This document shows positions 1-14,610 of a stretch of 64,000 bases of DNA, in pieces; the first letter of the stretch is position 1, and the number at the start of each line of letters is the position of its first letter. Below the pieces are notes generated by a model, which saw only the letters and a program-made list of their open reading frames with translations, was not told the origin of the DNA and did no database searches. Source of the DNA: Lytechinus pictus. Its lineage: Eukaryota. The DNA lies in contig NC_087245.1 of assembly GCF_037042905.1 (NCBI RefSeq), positions 8,682,001 to 8,746,000 on the forward strand. Reading direction: 5' to 3'. Position numbers and translations under genes: made by a program.

Positions 1-120
1 TAAAAATGGGTACTTCTTAAATCTGAGGTTTATGTAAGTTTGAACAGTGAGCAAAACATGTTCAGGCATAGTTTTGAAAAATTGGGAGGGGGGGGGTGAG
101 CAAATGATATGATTACTAAC

Positions 121-203
121 CCTGTATTCAAGAGTCCCCTGTGGCTGACTGAAGAAGCTCTTTCTCTTGCTGTTCCCATCTTTAGTGCTGCTTAAGTCAG
201 TAT
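121..203 (-). CDS. Candidate downstream exon of the minus-strand gene (DTDLSSTKDGNSKRKSFFSQPQGTLEYR)
   Basis: Acceptor gttatttgtttag, donor AGG|GTTAGT, 83 nt open in phase 1, compatible with exon 26759-26898. Confidence 0.6.
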
Positions 204-2384
204 CTAAACAAATAACAATATGTCAGAAAATAACGGAAATAATTATTTAAACTTACATGTGACTCAACTGTAGGCCCTCTGAAATACATTATGATCAGCC
301 CATGTAACACAGAAGTCCAAAGTAAAGCTTTGTTCTCTTCATTATAGACAGAGTAAACAATATGCCTTTTTACACTCTGATTTAGCCCATTTTATGCATA
401 ATTTATATATCATGAAATCAGGCCAGACTCGTTCACAATTAAACCACCATGTTTCATTTAAATATATTATCTTTTAGCATTAAATATCCTTTGATAAATA
501 AGAAAAAAAAACTTTTCTGTCAACCTAAGCAAGGAGATTTCTATTATTAATGGGAAAGCTTGTAATTTATGAATATCCTTTTATCATGTGTAACAAAGGT
601 TACAGTGCCTTGGAAAGACATGAATCCTATTGTCAAGGGAACATTCATTCCTTGAACAAGTTAAATTGTGTGCTTGACAGGACAATGTTAATTCTAACAG
701 AAGGATTCATGTCTTTCAAAGGCACCATAACCTTGCAGCACATAATAAAAATATTTGATTAAATAACAAGCTCTCATATTAATAATCCGAATCTCTTTAC
801 TTTGGTCGAATCATTTGTAGCTTTTACTTATGAAAAAAAAAATTCACTGCTGAAAGATACCATATAAAAAAAAAAAAAACAGAACAATTCAAGTAAATGA
901 ATAGATTTCAAAATTAATAGAATTCGAAAATTTTGGCAAAGATAATGAAAATATTAAAAGGAGGTTTGCTGATTAGATTCAGATTTATTTCCAACAGAAC
1001 ATAATAAACAATTAGCAAGGAGTCTGATGATCATCAATATTTGATGCCATTTGGCGCAAGCCTTTTTTTGAACCCCTGATAAAAATGTTTCATGTTCACT
1101 CAAGCATGAACGAAACTCAATTTTTAAAATGGCATTTGAAAGATATAAAAGACATTAGAGCATCTTTTAACATCAAAATATAGACATCATAATTTGAAAC
1201 AAAATTTTGATAGACTTTTCAAAACTGTCCCGTTTTTTTTATATGCACTGTATACCCCCTTCAAACTTCATTTGGAGGGGGTATAAAAACATACTGAGTG
1301 CAGATGTCCATTGGACTACAGGGATATAATGAAAAAAAAAATAAGTTTAGGGCCTAAATGATACATTCCTATCAACCTAAATAAATGGAATGGGAGATTG
1401 AATAAAAAAAGGATATATATACTGTCCCTTTTATTTTCAAATGATAGTGAAAACTTGACTAAGAATTAAACAGTTACGAAGGTAACATATTTTTTACAAT
1501 TAATTTCATGAATTTTTTTCTCAACAATCTTGAGCAATCTTGAGTGAATATCAATAAAGACATTCTATTAAAAGCAGAGTCAGTTGCCAACTCTGTCTAT
1601 AGAATACTATGTAGTTTCAAATCAATAGAACAAGGGATAAGTTGGAGCTTGAAGTAAATCACCAGTTTCATCATAAAAGAAATAAAATAACATTTGTGAA
1701 TTGCAAAGGGAGCCTACCCTCAAGCCCCCCCCCCTCGGAAATAGTATTATCCACCTGATACAGAAAATAACATGGATCCGATATGTATAGGCAGTAGATG
1801 TACACTGTAGGCAGCAGGTACTGCTCGCAGATTGAAAAATCAATACTTACCCTCAAACTATTCCATTAAAAAAATTTAATGTGTCTTTGAAGAGAAAAAT
1901 TCTGCTCTGTTTATTTTTTACATAAGATTGTAACAGACACGAGAGTCATTAAACTATTAAGCATCAATGAAAATAACGTAGTCACTTATTCTACCCAAAT
2001 AATGTAAATTTTATCCATGACTTACTTAAATAGAAAGTATCCCTGACACTAGGATTATTCTTATCTACATCCATCGCCTGAACAACTAACATGCTTCCAA
2101 CAATATTCCAAAGATTCAAATTCAAAATGGGATAGGAACATCCATTATCACCAAAACAAAAACGATGTTTATCCTAATCCTGAATCTTCAAACAAGTCAA
2201 AGCCATGATACATGCGTTCAAATTTTGTCAAAACAGAGATAATAATTCAGTATGTGAAATCACTGAACCACACTGGCCTAAACTGCTCAGATTAGGATAC
2301 AAGGTTTCCTTCCTTTGTTGTTTACAGACCTGTGCTTTTCTCTAGAAAACAGGAATAGTCTTTACAGGCAAGACCCTATTTTAA

Positions 2385-2980
2385 AGGAAAAGTCCACTCC
2401 AACAAAAAGTTGATTTGAATAAAAAGAGAAAAATCCAACAAGCATAACACTGAAAATTTCATCAAAATCTGATGTAAAATACGAAATTTATGACATTCTA
2501 AAGTTTCGCTTAATTTCACAAAACAGTTATATGCACACATCCTGGCAGGTATGCAAATGAGGAGACTGATGACATCACTCACTCACTATTTCTTTTGTAT
2601 TTTATTATATGAAATATTCCAATTTTATCCCTGTTGTCGTGTGAAACAACAATTAATTCCTCTCTGAACATGTGCAATTAGCATTGTTTAATACTATATG
2701 GTTCAATCAAGTTGGTCCTTATTGTCAAATCTGTAAAAAATGAAATATTGTATAATTCAAACAATAAAAAAAAAAGAAATAGTGAGTGAGGGACATCATC
2801 GACTGTCTCATTTGCATGTCACTGAGTTGTGCATATCACTGTTTGTGAAAAACAAGCGAAACTTTAAAATGTCATAACATTCTTATTTTACATCCGATTT
2901 TGATGAAATTTTCAGCATAATGATTGTTTGATTTTTCTCTATTTATTCAAATCAACATTTTTCTGGGGTGGACTTGACCT
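2385..2980. mobile_element. TTAA-TSD MITE (Kolobok-like), family A
   Basis: TTAA|AGG...CCT|TTAA with long imperfect TIRs; homologous to 9285-9887 and 63045-63570. Confidence 0.85.
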
Positions 2981-3211
2981 TTAAGTACACTACATTCATC
3001 TGACTAATAATGATGAATAATAATAGCTAGATTAATTTACACTTCCTCAAGAGGAATACAAAGCACACCTACAATCCTGTTCTCATCTACTTTCTTGAAC
3101 TATATTGGTAGAAACTAGTTTCATGGAACCAGTTTAAGGGATTCTCCAAGCAGTCTTGGAAGCAATCTCAGCAGTGGTCTTCTATACCAGTTTGGAAGAC
3201 CACCTTCAAAT

Positions 3212-3680
3212 CCGGGGGGGGGGGGGGGGGCAATCAAGTATATTGCTGTACACATGCATGACCAAAAAAACGCGTTTAAAGGGGTGGTTTTTTCAGCTTT
3301 GGATGCGAGCCGCTCTTGCACTCGTTAAGTATATCAAAAACAACGATTAAAAAAAGGGTGGTTTTGAAACACTGATCAATATGGTCAATTGCGGGGTCAA
3401 ACGTAGTATTAAGGGTATGTTTTGTTTTCCATAGTTTTTTTTTTTTAAGACTAGCTCAACATGTCTAGGTATTGTTTTTTCGCCAAGCTTTTTCCCTGGG
3501 GTCATATTCTGGCAACTTGTTAAGGGGCATGAATGTGTAAATAAAGCACACAAAAAACTGGTTTAGGGGGTTATTTTGCACACAGAGAAAAACTCGTTTA
3601 GGGGGTGTTTGGAAATAATTTAGTCAGGCATGTGTACAGCAATAACTCTGACTAGCCCCTCCCCCCCCCCCATACCCGTG
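3212..3680. mobile_element. CCGG-terminated MITE with ~8-bp TSD
   Basis: TIRs with poly-G/poly-C; flanks CTTCAAAT/ATTCAAAT; related to 14611-15187. Confidence 0.65.
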
Positions 3681-4639
3681 ATTCAAATATGTTATTCAAG
3701 ACCGCTTTGCCTCGCTAAGCTGTTTTCTTCATACAAGTACATGTAGGTGAAAACACAAACGTTCTTTGGGAAGCATTCAAGGAAGAACCTTGGGTGTGGA
3801 TAGTGACCAATTTGTCACTGAATTTTAGTTTAGACCTTTAATAAATGTAACGAATTTGAATTACATGTATTTGTTCAAACCCTTTTTTTTAAGGATTATA
3901 CAAGAAAAAAAATGAGAGTTATCATAAAAGGTATACATCAGAAAGGGCTAAATCCTGAAATTGAATGCCATTGATAATGATTTTATACAACAAAGAATAT
4001 AAACATGGATTATATTTGTGTACATTATTGTATGCATGCATACATGGCAGTGTCACAGAACTGTCTTCCGGGTCTGCTACAAAGAGACTATCCATGACAT
4101 TGAAGGGGGAGTTGTTCAGAAGACAACCAATGAAAATCATTATTTGGCACAATTCCATTGACCTGACTGAGACAGAATGCACATATTGACACAGTTTACC
4201 ATCAATGTCATCTGTCTGAAAGGTCATGAAGGCAGGTCCTCTTCAAGAGAATCATAAAACATAAACAAGTATGATGAAAATCATAAACATAAGATTAAAC
4301 TAAAAAGGATTCTCATAAAACTAGATAATAGAGACATTATGTATTAGTAAGTGTCATCGTTGCCCCTTGTATGACGTCAGAAACTACAACTTATTAATTC
4401 ATAGCTCTCTTTTCTTTGATTTACATCAAACCTTCAGTAATATTTTTTATCTTTATCAAACAAACTTATCATCAGAATGTGTCAATTCCTGCATGTTGGC
4501 CTGGCAGAGGGTTGATTCTAGTGCACATTATGCCAGGCACACAGGAATTGAACATTGCTGTGCACCCATGTTACACCATCAAGCCAGGCAGGGCACGATT
4601 TCCAAATTGTGATTCTGGGCAGGCAGAATTTTGTCTTAA

Positions 4640-5251
4640 AGGGGTACTCCAGGCTGAAAGTAATTATATCTATAAAACAAATAGAGTAAAATACAGAGCG
4701 AAATGCTGAAAATTTCATCAAAATCCAATAACAAATAACAATAGTTACAGAATTTTGAAGTTTAGCAACATTTAGTGAAAACAGTTCATGTACATCATCA
4801 TGAATATTCATTAGGTGGGCTGATGATGTTACATCCTCACTTACCTTTTTCTTATGTTATAATTACATGGAATCATATTTATTTCATATTTTAATAAATA
4901 TGTGTATGATATGTCTCCTTTACAATAAAAGAACTTACAGCAATGAATACCTAATGCATTAAACCCAGTTGTCAATCAAATTTTTTCAGTTCTTGGAGGA
5001 CAAAATTTGAATAAATATGATATCATATGATAAAATACAAAAGAACAAGTAGGGATATGGCATCATCAGTTAGCTCATTGAATATACATGAAGACATACA
5101 TTAAAAAAAATTCACCGAAATAATGCAAATCTTTTTAAAATGTCATAACTTTGTTATTCCATGACCAAATTTGACAAAAATTTTAGTATTGTGTTTGTCT
5201 GACTTTTCTTTATCTGTTCAAATCATATCATTTTCAGCATGGAGTACCCCA
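4640..5251. mobile_element. TTAA-TSD MITE (Kolobok-like), family B
   Basis: TTAA|AGGGGTACTCCAGGCTGAAA ... TTTCAGCATGGAGTACCCCA|TTAA. Confidence 0.8.
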
Positions 5252-6078
5252 TTAAAAAACACATGAGGGTGTTTAGTGGTACAAGAACTAGAAACAGGAA
5301 ATTTGTTTTCCTGTAATTGTACACTGAGGTACGTGATATATCCCTGGATCTATTGGAGAAATAGCTTGCCATAAATTTGAAAATTTATGTCACAGGTTTA
5401 TATTAAAGTATAAATCTCAAAACTTTTGAAAATTAGTGATTTAGAGTATCAGCGTGCTGTCATCATTTACAAGTATACTAACTGGTTCAAATCAAAGAGG
5501 TATAAAGGGACCTCCTGACACAAACTAAAACCTTAAATTAAATTCCCTTAAAACATATCTTTTTGCTCAATAATTCATTTTTCTCTTTACGACTGATTGT
5601 GTTTACTTTTGTACATGTATATAAATATTGAAAATGTAATTATTTTTTCCATTCATTTTACACCCTAATATAAAAAAAATTATGAAGAATAAAATATAAA
5701 AAAATTAAGGAAAATAATATACGTAACCAATTGAATAAAATAAAATCCTATTGTGAGCCCAATGTACATTTACTTAAAAAAAAATATATAATTAAAATAA
5801 ACACTAACATTTATCTACAAATTTATTAATATATAATCCCATTCTCCAAGTCTAGCAACCATAGCATATAGTAAAGACGGAGGCTGCAGTTATTGCCTTT
5901 GCCATTACGCTGAACACCAGGGATAGGTTCACAGCCACAATTTGTAGTCTTCTCTGCATCAGCTGTATCGCTTGCATTCAGCATAAGGGCAAGGACAATA
6001 ACTGCAGCTTCCACTTACATGTAAGTTCTATGACCACAACAGTATCATATATTCCCCAATTTCTAAAAATAGCCTGTA

Positions 6079-6735
6079 CAGTGGTGCTCAAAAGTTACCG
6101 AACCCTACACCAGAAAAAGAAACATATTTAAAGTAGTCAATTTCTGCCATGTTTTAGATATTTGATTGTAAAGTCAGGTGATAATATATTACATTCAATT
6201 TAAGTTTGCTCTTCTGGGCTTGCTGATCACTGCAGTGTTGTTGGCTACATTCAACACTTAGCATGAAGGAGAGCCCGTTCTCATTACCTTCCTAAAACTA
6301 GTTTCCTAAAAAATAGTGTGGAAAATAGTTTAATGTAAAATGAGAAAGCTCGAAGCGGTCTCGGAAGCGATCTTTCAAACCGGTTTTGAAAATCACTTCG
6401 TGATGTAGAAAATTCAAGATCGTTTTGCCTCGTTAAACTGGTTAATAGCCTAAGTGAGGACACAACTGTTCTTCAGGAAGCGATCTTCGCACATTTTGAG
6501 CGCGCTACTCCACACACTGTGTGTAGAATGTCTACGCTGCAGTATCAAATTTCGTGTGAAACATGTCACCCCATGTTCCCATGACATTACGGGTGATCAA
6601 ATGGGAATGCTAATAGAGCAATCTTCCGAACTTGTTTCATGAAACGGTTTTCAGTATAAAAGGATCGTATTGAGAACAGAGTCCGGGTGCATTTTGTGGT
6701 GGGGTCCACTATTAACTTTTGAGCACAAATTACTG
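6079..6735. mobile_element. Tc1/mariner-like MITE (TA TSD) with nested TIR element at ~6270-6683
   Basis: TA|CAGTGGTGCTCAAAAGTTA ... TAACTTTTGAGCAC..TACTG|TA; inner GAGCCCGTTCTCATTAC...GTATTGAGAACAGAGTC. Confidence 0.65.
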
Positions 6736-7601
6736 TATGTGGGCTTGGTGGAAACTAACTTAGTGGAAACCCTACATGTACCTGGGGTAGTCAGTTGGTC
6801 CTGGGATTTTGTTTGAAGGGGTGCTCACTCACATATAAAGAACTTGAAAACAAACAAAAACACAAATAGTCATCACTCCCAAATAAACACATTATAGCCC
6901 TTTTACCTTTTTTTTGAAATTTTATGGGGTGTGCTGCCCCCCCCCCCTACATTGTATATGTAGATCCACGCCTGAGTAGTACAGTATGTAATTTCATAAA
7001 CAATCAGATAGATAGGCCTCTGGAGATCTTTAAAATTTGAACTATTTGGCTCAGCAGTTGTTTCTCAATGTCCACCTACATGTAGTCTGCTAACACTTTC
7101 CACCTGTATCAGGTCTCTCTTCATCATTCCAAGTTCAAAAGTACATTTCACCTGATACACCAAAGTTTAGTCATACATGTACCCACTAAGGCTGCCAGAT
7201 GGATTGAAACCATCATTTCCATTCGCAGGGATGGGGATATTGCCAGAATCAAAACAAATTTACACTCGTTATCGATCAACCATCAGCCAGTTGATAGGAA
7301 AAGGGCATGACCTTTACTTGTATACCCAGGACATTATTGAGTAGTTTCTCATAACAAGGCTTTCTACATGTAGGTATTGTGATGTAACTGCTGCATATTT
7401 TCATGTATACGTTCATGTCGGTCTACAAGAATACATGTATATCTCTGAATCTTTTTTTCTAAAATAAATGTACACAAGTAGTTGCCCCTTTCGCTCATCC
7501 ATTAGTTTATTTACATATATTCATCATTTATACCCTTTTCTGTTCATTTGCTGCATTATCTGTTTTCTCACTTCTTTTACTTTTCATGATAGTGCTCCTT
7601 T

Positions 7602-8043
7602 CCAGGGGGGGGGGGGGGACCACTTCCATTGACAAGTGGATACCAAGTGCATCCATGGGGTTTCATAAAAGCACCCTACTAAAACAAGTATTTGCCATGT
7701 TCTGAAAATGCACCCCTGGTGTGTGAAACCCTACCCTCTATGTGTTGGAAACAAAACTGAACGGTATTCCCTTCCACATCTCACTCAAATCGGACTCAAA
7801 ACACGTAGTGTTGGGGCAATATTAAAGTATATCCTTTATATCAAAATCTACCGTAGTCTTTTTATACCCTCGCTAATTGGACTGTAAACACTGGCTTTCC
7901 CAGTGAAATGTATGCCCTTTTTCAGTATTTTGGTGTTTTTGACACCCTTTATTTACATATTTTGCCCAATCTTGAAAAAGAGATCCTTTTTATGCATTTC
8001 ATTGGACACGCAGGGTATCCACTCATCAATAATAGCCCCTCCT
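7602..8043. mobile_element. Degenerate relative of the CCCGG-terminated MITE
   Basis: Poly-G + CACTTCCATTGACAAGTGGATACC ... GGTATCCACTCATCAAT, matching ends of 14611-15187. Confidence 0.55.
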
Positions 8044-8142
8044 TATAATCATCATGCTGAACGTCAGCTCATGAAGTGGTATTTGAGATGGTTTACATCA
8101 TTTTCTCTCCTAAAAATGATACTTTCCTATAATAGCATACAC

Positions 8143-8260
8143 TGTAGCATGGTGGGTCACTGGTAGATTACCTTTATCATAAATGGGAGGCTATGGGTTC
8201 GATTACTGCCAAGTCATACCAAAGACAAATGGAACCTTCTGCTTTCTTTACTTTGAGCTA
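8143..8260 (+). mobile_element. Degenerate tRNA-derived SINE head
   Basis: A-box-like start, B-box GGTTCGATT, followed by GTCATACCAAAGAC..AATGG; no intact cloverleaf. Confidence 0.4.
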
Positions 8261-8545
8261 ATCTAGAGGTTAATAAGTACTACCATTTCATGTTATGCAT
8301 GGCCGGTTAGTAGTCTGCTGGGCAAACCCTTCACTCGAGTTAAGGGTCTGAATGTGCAGCCTACTCATGCCTTGTGTACTGAAGGCTCTCTCGCTAAACA
8401 TCAAGTTTTGTATGTGCTAGTCTTTGCGTGGAGGCACACTTATTGATCAAAGTTCCAATCAGGGTCTGTGCCTGCAGACTAGCCGGTTAGTAGGGCAGCT
8501 TCCTAATCCAAATGGCAATCCTGAGTAAATGTTAGAAAGAGATTC

Positions 8546-8693
8546 TTGTTGTTCTTGTTGTTGTTGTATTATTATTATTATTGTTGTTGTTGTTATTATT
8601 ATTATTATTATTGTTATTGTTGTTGTTGTTATTATTATTATTATTATTATTAATATCATTATAACAGTCATTATCATAATCATTATTATTATT
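8546..8693. repeat. (ATT/GTT)n trinucleotide microsatellite
   Basis: Visible tandem triplets; source of the spurious poly-Ile ORFs. Confidence 0.95.
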
Positions 8694-9284
8694 GTGATAG
8701 GTCTATTGCTAGCGATAAAGAAGCACATGCCTTCATGATCTTCCTGAGTGAAAAAATAGATAAAAAGGAAAGAAAGGAAAAAAAGGATCAATAAAAAAAA
8801 ATCACTAATTTCATCTTTGCAATTTCTTTCATTGTAACATTTTTTACAAAATGCAGCTTTAATTGGACAAGCACAAGAGACTGACTATTGTCAATGAACA
8901 TGAACTATTCCAGAATTACATGTATCAAAAACATCCTGTGCAACATAACTTTATATGCATGTAGGCCCCTATGTACTTGCAGAATGATCTCTTTACAAAT
9001 CCATCAATGTATCTGTTTAATACTGTACACCTGTACATGTACATGTACATGTAGTATGGGAAATTCATTTCCCCTTTATTTCAAAAGGAAATAAGTTTGA
9101 TAATCATAATTCATGATATGTTGATAAAAGCCAACAGTGAATGTATGTTGAAATGATTTTGGATAGAACATTCCAGATGGTACATTAATAATGTGTGTAC
9201 TGTGAAATTGCACACTTAAACATTTGTGAACATGAAATTGGTTCCCTTTCAGGCCCAACTGTAGTCTATTAATGTGCATATTAA

Positions 9285-9887
9285 AGGACAAGTCCACCCC
9301 AACAAAAAGTTGATTTGAAAAAAGGAGAAAAATCCAACAAGCAAAACACTGAAAATTTAATCAAAATCGGATGTAAAATAAGAAAGTTATGACATTTCAA
9401 AGTTTCGCTTAATTTCACAAAACAGTTATATGCACATCCTGGTCGGTATGCAAATTGGCAGACTGATGACGTCACCCACTCACTATTTCTTTTGTATTTT
9501 ATTATATAAAATATGAAATATTCTTATTTTCTCCTCCTTGTCAAGTGAAACAAAGTTTTATTTCTCCCTGAACATGTAGAATTACCATTATTTTAACAGT
9601 TTATGGTAAGATTAAGTTGGTCCTTATTGTCAAATCTGTAAAAATTGAAATATTGTATAATTCAAACAATAAAGAACAAAAGAAATAGTGAGTGATGGAC
9701 ATCAACGACTTTCTCATTTGCATATTGCTGAAATGTGCATTGAACTGTTTTGTGAAATATTGGCGAAACTTAAAAATGTCATAACTTTCTTATTTTACAT
9801 CCGATTTAGATGAAATTTGCAGCGTTATGTTTGTTTGATTTTTCTCCATCGATTCAAATCAAAAATTTTCTGGGGTGGACTTGACCT
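9285..9887. mobile_element. TTAA-TSD MITE (Kolobok-like), family A
   Basis: TTAA|AGGACAAGTCCACCCC ... GGGGTGGACTTGACCT|TTAA. Confidence 0.88.
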
Positions 9888-10683
9888 TTAATGATGCAGG
9901 CCTACGGCAGTATAAAGTTCATCAATAACATTCAAGGTCAAAGTACAATCCAGACTCCATCCCAAACCAATTGATAGAGACAAATTGAACCATCATTTAT
10001 ACAGCCTTTTCAATAAAATCAAATTATGTAAAATAAATATTAGGAAGCTACAGTATGACCTTTTAAAGTTTTACTGAATTTCTTAAAACATGTATAACAC
10101 ATGTACGTAAAGTATGAAAGTTATTGACCACCCATTTTCTGTACTGTATAGTATGAATTCAATTTTGTGATAAATTTACCTGTTCATAGAAACTTAGTCA
10201 AACCTCATAGTAAGCATGTGACATCATCAGCTCATTCAATTGAATACTGCTCATGTTGTGCACATAAACATGTTTCTACCTTTTTTATTATGAAAAAAAT
10301 GAAAGAGCGACTTTTCACTTTAATATCTGTATTCTTATTTGACTTAACATTTTTGATTAAAATCAGTGTGTTATAATAGTGTGAACTAGGCCTAATAGTG
10401 ATTGAAATTAATCATGTTCGTCATTAAAGTGGATTTAGAATATCAAATGGAGCTCTACCAAGCATACATATTGGATAGAAATACATACCATACCACACAT
10501 ACATGCATTTCATAAACTTATCGGGGAAAAGCTATATGCCACTCTTGCATCACTTGAACTATTTTGAATCTTTTAGTAATCAACTAGTCAGAGATGGATC
10601 GATAGCATAGTCGACAGAGCTGTGGATTTTATAATTTCGTGGTCCAGGTTTGATTCCCACACTGTTAGAAAATTTATCCTTAA

Positions 10684-12024
10684 AGGAAAATGAAAGGATA
10701 GATTTATTATCTGGTCATAAACTGATTACATTTCACTGATTAAAATAAAATTAAAATGAGGCAGAACGGTTTCCTATTTCCAATGATATGCCAAGTCAAA
10801 GTTATCAATATTTTGATATTTGAAAGACCCATGGAGATCGCCATTTTGCTCATACTCCCTATATCTCCGTGGGGGGTTGTGACATCAGCGACGTACAACT
10901 CGGTGTCCGACCTCGGCACTCGCCTTTGATTGCTAGCATAAAATACATGGGCCAGAGTGGTCAGAAAGGGGCACAAAATGCAGCTTTTGCCAAATTCCTG
11001 ATCCGCAGAAGAGGCCAGAAATCTCTTTAAAAAATGAGTGGCTGCACTAAAGGTGGAGAAATACAACAATTCTTCCAAATTCACGAGGAATGATGTTGTT
11101 CGTAGCGAGCATTTTACCGATTTCTTCGGCCGAGTATTGGGACTCGAAGTCGTAGGCTCGGGCCTTCTAACTAAGTTCTATTTCAATACAAACGTCCGAT
11201 AAGTTTTGTTTTACTTAAAATCGACGGTAACAAATGATAAACAACGTTAGATATATTGAAAAATAGCACAATTAACAATTTAACGATATTCAAACGGGAT
11301 AGACAACCAAACTTCCAACATAACAGTTAAGACGATCACTCGGTTCGGGGGCCGGCGGTCGGCACTCAAGGGTTCATTTCATGCTGCCGCGCACAGAAAA
11401 ATCAAGCCACAGAAGTCGTGTGTTGTGGACACCAGAAGGAAGATCCCAGCACGCGCAACCCACTAGATAGAAATCCACTGCCAAACGCGGTTCACGGTGC
11501 TGGCTTAGTACTAATACTATCCTCGCAATACGTGTGATGAGTGGGCGGCCGGGGACGGCTGTACTGTCTACGTACAAAATTAGCTTTGTCAAATTTGCCA
11601 ATTTGGATATTGTAAATAAATGTGTAAACATTTTCATCAAAACTCATCAATTTGTGTTTTAAACCATAAAATAATTTGAATAGCTTTTTGATAATATTTT
11701 CAAGTGTTTTATGTGTATATATAATTATTTCTTGTAAAAAAAGTATCTATATTATGCAAACTCGGGGTTGGTTTCAGCCTGTGACTAGCTGCACATGGGA
11801 GTTAGTACCGAGAGCAGTTGTACGTCGCTGACGTCACAATTTTGAACGAACCTCGCAACAATGGCGATCTCCATTCAGAGACTTTGAACGTGAAGAAGTC
11901 TAACTTTGAAGAGGTGGTACTCCACTCTGGGAAATCGGATTTGGGTATAAGTGGATTCATTTTGATTATCATTTACTAATATCAATGATATTATGTGGTA
12001 TTACATTTTAGGTTTCATTCTCCT
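10684..12024. mobile_element. Kolobok-like non-autonomous element (TTAA TSD), nested
   Basis: TTAA|AGGAAAATGAAA ... TTTCATTCTCCT|TTAA; inverted subterminal motif TTGTGACATCAGCGACGTACAACT / AGTTGTACGTCGCTGACGTCACAA. Confidence 0.75.
11363..11543. mobile_element. ~180-bp CAC...GTG mini-element with 9-bp TSD (Mutator-like)
   Basis: Flanks GGCGGTCGG/GGCGGCCGG; homologous to 32692-32874 and 33099-33299. Confidence 0.8.
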
Positions 12025-13541
12025 TTAAAATAAAAGAAGTTCCTGCAGCAGAGTCTCGAGAACACCTGTAATCTTACCAGATTGCGTAATCTTACAGGAA
12101 ATTGGTATTTGGTGTATGGAATCTTACAAATTTCCTTGAATAAATCACCCTTTTCCCCTTTTTAAACAGACCTGTTCTGTTAAATTGCAGAAAAAAATAT
12201 GTTTTATGAATTTACAGAATCATTCTGTTATTGCTTTCTGCAAAATCTTTTTTTTCTTCTGTAAAATCATTTTTTTTTAACAGTGCACTTGGAGCCAGGG
12301 AAAGATTACATGGGGGGGCTCAGGGCAATTTTGCCTCCAAATGCTCAAAAGAGTCCTGGAAACACAAAAAGATGCCTTGGATAATCCTTATTCATTGCAA
12401 TGTTGAAACTTATCCACTGTTGCAAATTTAGGCAGTACAGTACAGTGTTGTTGTGAAAAGTAGTTCCCGAAAATATAAAATTTGTTTGGTGTGCTATTGC
12501 CCTTTGGTATTTATTCATCACCAGGTCCCTCAGAGTGGACCTTTGGTCCTCTGGTTGATTGTTTACAAGCATTCACACTTTATTTTCTTTTTTAAAAATC
12601 ACTACCATTAAACAATTTTTATAAAAAAAAAAAAAAAACATCTTTGCCCCACCATGCCATACAGTTAATGTAGAGTATCAATCACTGCTCTCAATTAGTG
12701 CAATGAGCCATTTATTTATTGATGAGATGATAATAGCAGTACTGCATACAGCCATTCTCATTAATGTGATGCATGCAGACGATAGTAGGCATACTGTATA
12801 TTTTGTCCTACGGGTAGTTCGGTAAGTACTACTATACTGTATTGTCCTCACTCTAGTTGCCAACTCTACCACATTTTTTTTATTGTGACAAACGATTCTT
12901 ATATTTGTCTTTCCATAAAGTCTTTATAGCTTTTCATATTTGACAAACAAAAAAAAAAAATTAAAAAGGGGTACTCTAAAATGAAATTACAATATTTATT
13001 ACCAGTAAGCCAAAAAATTCAATGAGCAAAACACTGAAAATTTCATTAAAAAATCTAATACAAAATACTGATGTTACTTGAATTTCAAAGTTTGGCAATA
13101 TAGTTTGTTTTGTGAAATGCATGCCATCATCAATATGTGCAATATCATTTCCCCGTTTTCTTTTTAATATGAAATCATAGTACATGTATTTATTTTTACA
13201 CACATGAGTGAAAAAAATTTAACTTTCAGCAATGATTATCTTACACAGAAAAAAATCAGCTGTTGGCTTATTTTTTAACATTCTTGGAAGACAATTTTTT
13301 AACACAATTTCATATTTAAAAAAAATAATCCACTAAACTTTGGCTGAATATCACAAAGGTACATAGGCCTATGCCTCCCAAGACAATGGTGTGATATCAA
13401 TACTTTATAGTAAGTTTATCAAATCTAACACTCAGAAATAGCTTACTACATTCATTGCCTATGATGCATAACAATATCTACAACTCTGGAACTGAGTACT
13501 TGCCTCTCTTGGAAAATGTGCTACATACATGTAGCACATGT

Positions 13542-14433
13542 AGGGGAGAGTGGGGTAAATAAGACCACCTTTTTTATAATTCCAATTACATCTTTTTAAT
13601 GAAAAGCAGTAGAAACATGATTAAATGTCTATTACTAGATCTAGAGTAGACCGACATTATCCATTAGAAATGTAAGAACTAATCAGCCTAATTTGCATAC
13701 TAATGAGCCATAAACATTTTTGTCGGGTGGCCTTATTTGCCCCGCTAAAATGGGGAAAATGAGCTTGGGCCGCCTGATTAAAACCTATTTTACATGTACG
13801 TTGCAGTATTCGAAGTAAAAGTAGTTCAGTTGGTTTAATACAGTCACTATTACTAGTATTACACAATACCATAGTTATATACCAAAACACGTCCATTTTA
13901 GGATTACTTTATGATTTATCCTATCCAATATAATGGAAAAAAAGATTTTTGGATTGTGTTTTCTACTGTCACAGTATGTATCTATGTGTTTTATTGGTAG
14001 TGGACACATAGTAGGTCCATGATGGAAACAAGTGTGGTGATGTCTACACTGCATTTTCAAGTTTTTAAGAGATGTGACCATAGAGTTTAAACAAATCTGG
14101 GTGGCCTCATTTGCCCCATTGGATGTGTTGAATTCACAGGCATCCAGTCAGAAAAAACAAACAAAGGGAAAGTGGTGAAATTTACAACAGTTCTGGCATG
14201 CACAATAATATCTTACACAAGATAAGATAGAAGTTAATACACATTACTGGGTAGGTACAGTACTCGCCTCTCTAAAGTGGCAATGCTACCTTCAAAATTT
14301 TGATTTTGAGGTGCTACTGGGTTTGTGCTCCTCCCTGTTATGCGCACTGGGCTTTGAGACGTTCTCTGTGCTCAAAATCTGTGCTAAGGAACTGTCTCAA
14401 ATAAAGGCGACCTTATTTACCCCATTCTCCCCT
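13542..14433. mobile_element. TIR element, unclassified
   Basis: AGGGGAGAGTGGGGTAAATAAG ... CTTATTTACCCCATTCTCCCCT. Confidence 0.7.
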
Positions 14434-14610
14434 GCAAAATTAAATGTAGTATGGGTGTATTTGTTATTCCAAAGGTTTGTTATTCAAAGGTTCATTATTC
14501 AACAGGTTTAGTCCAAATATGAAAAGCAAAATTGATTAATCTAGACAACTGTGGGCTTTAATGTTCCAAATGTTATTAACATTCTGAAGGTTTAACAATT
14601 ATCTGTTTAG

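Larger units (their letters stand above)
10660..12285. mobile_element. CACTG-terminated element (EnSpm/CACTA-like, 2-bp TSD CA) hosting nested elements
   Basis: CA|CACTGTTA ... TAACAGTG|CA. Confidence 0.7.

Noticed and set aside
3922..4227. 101-aa ORF (also ORFs at 18776-19098 and 32382-32637) as genes or exons
   Set aside because: No recognisable domain and no convincing paired splice sites.
8459..8791. Poly-Ile/Thr/Val ORFs
   Set aside because: Products of the (ATT/GTT)n repeat.
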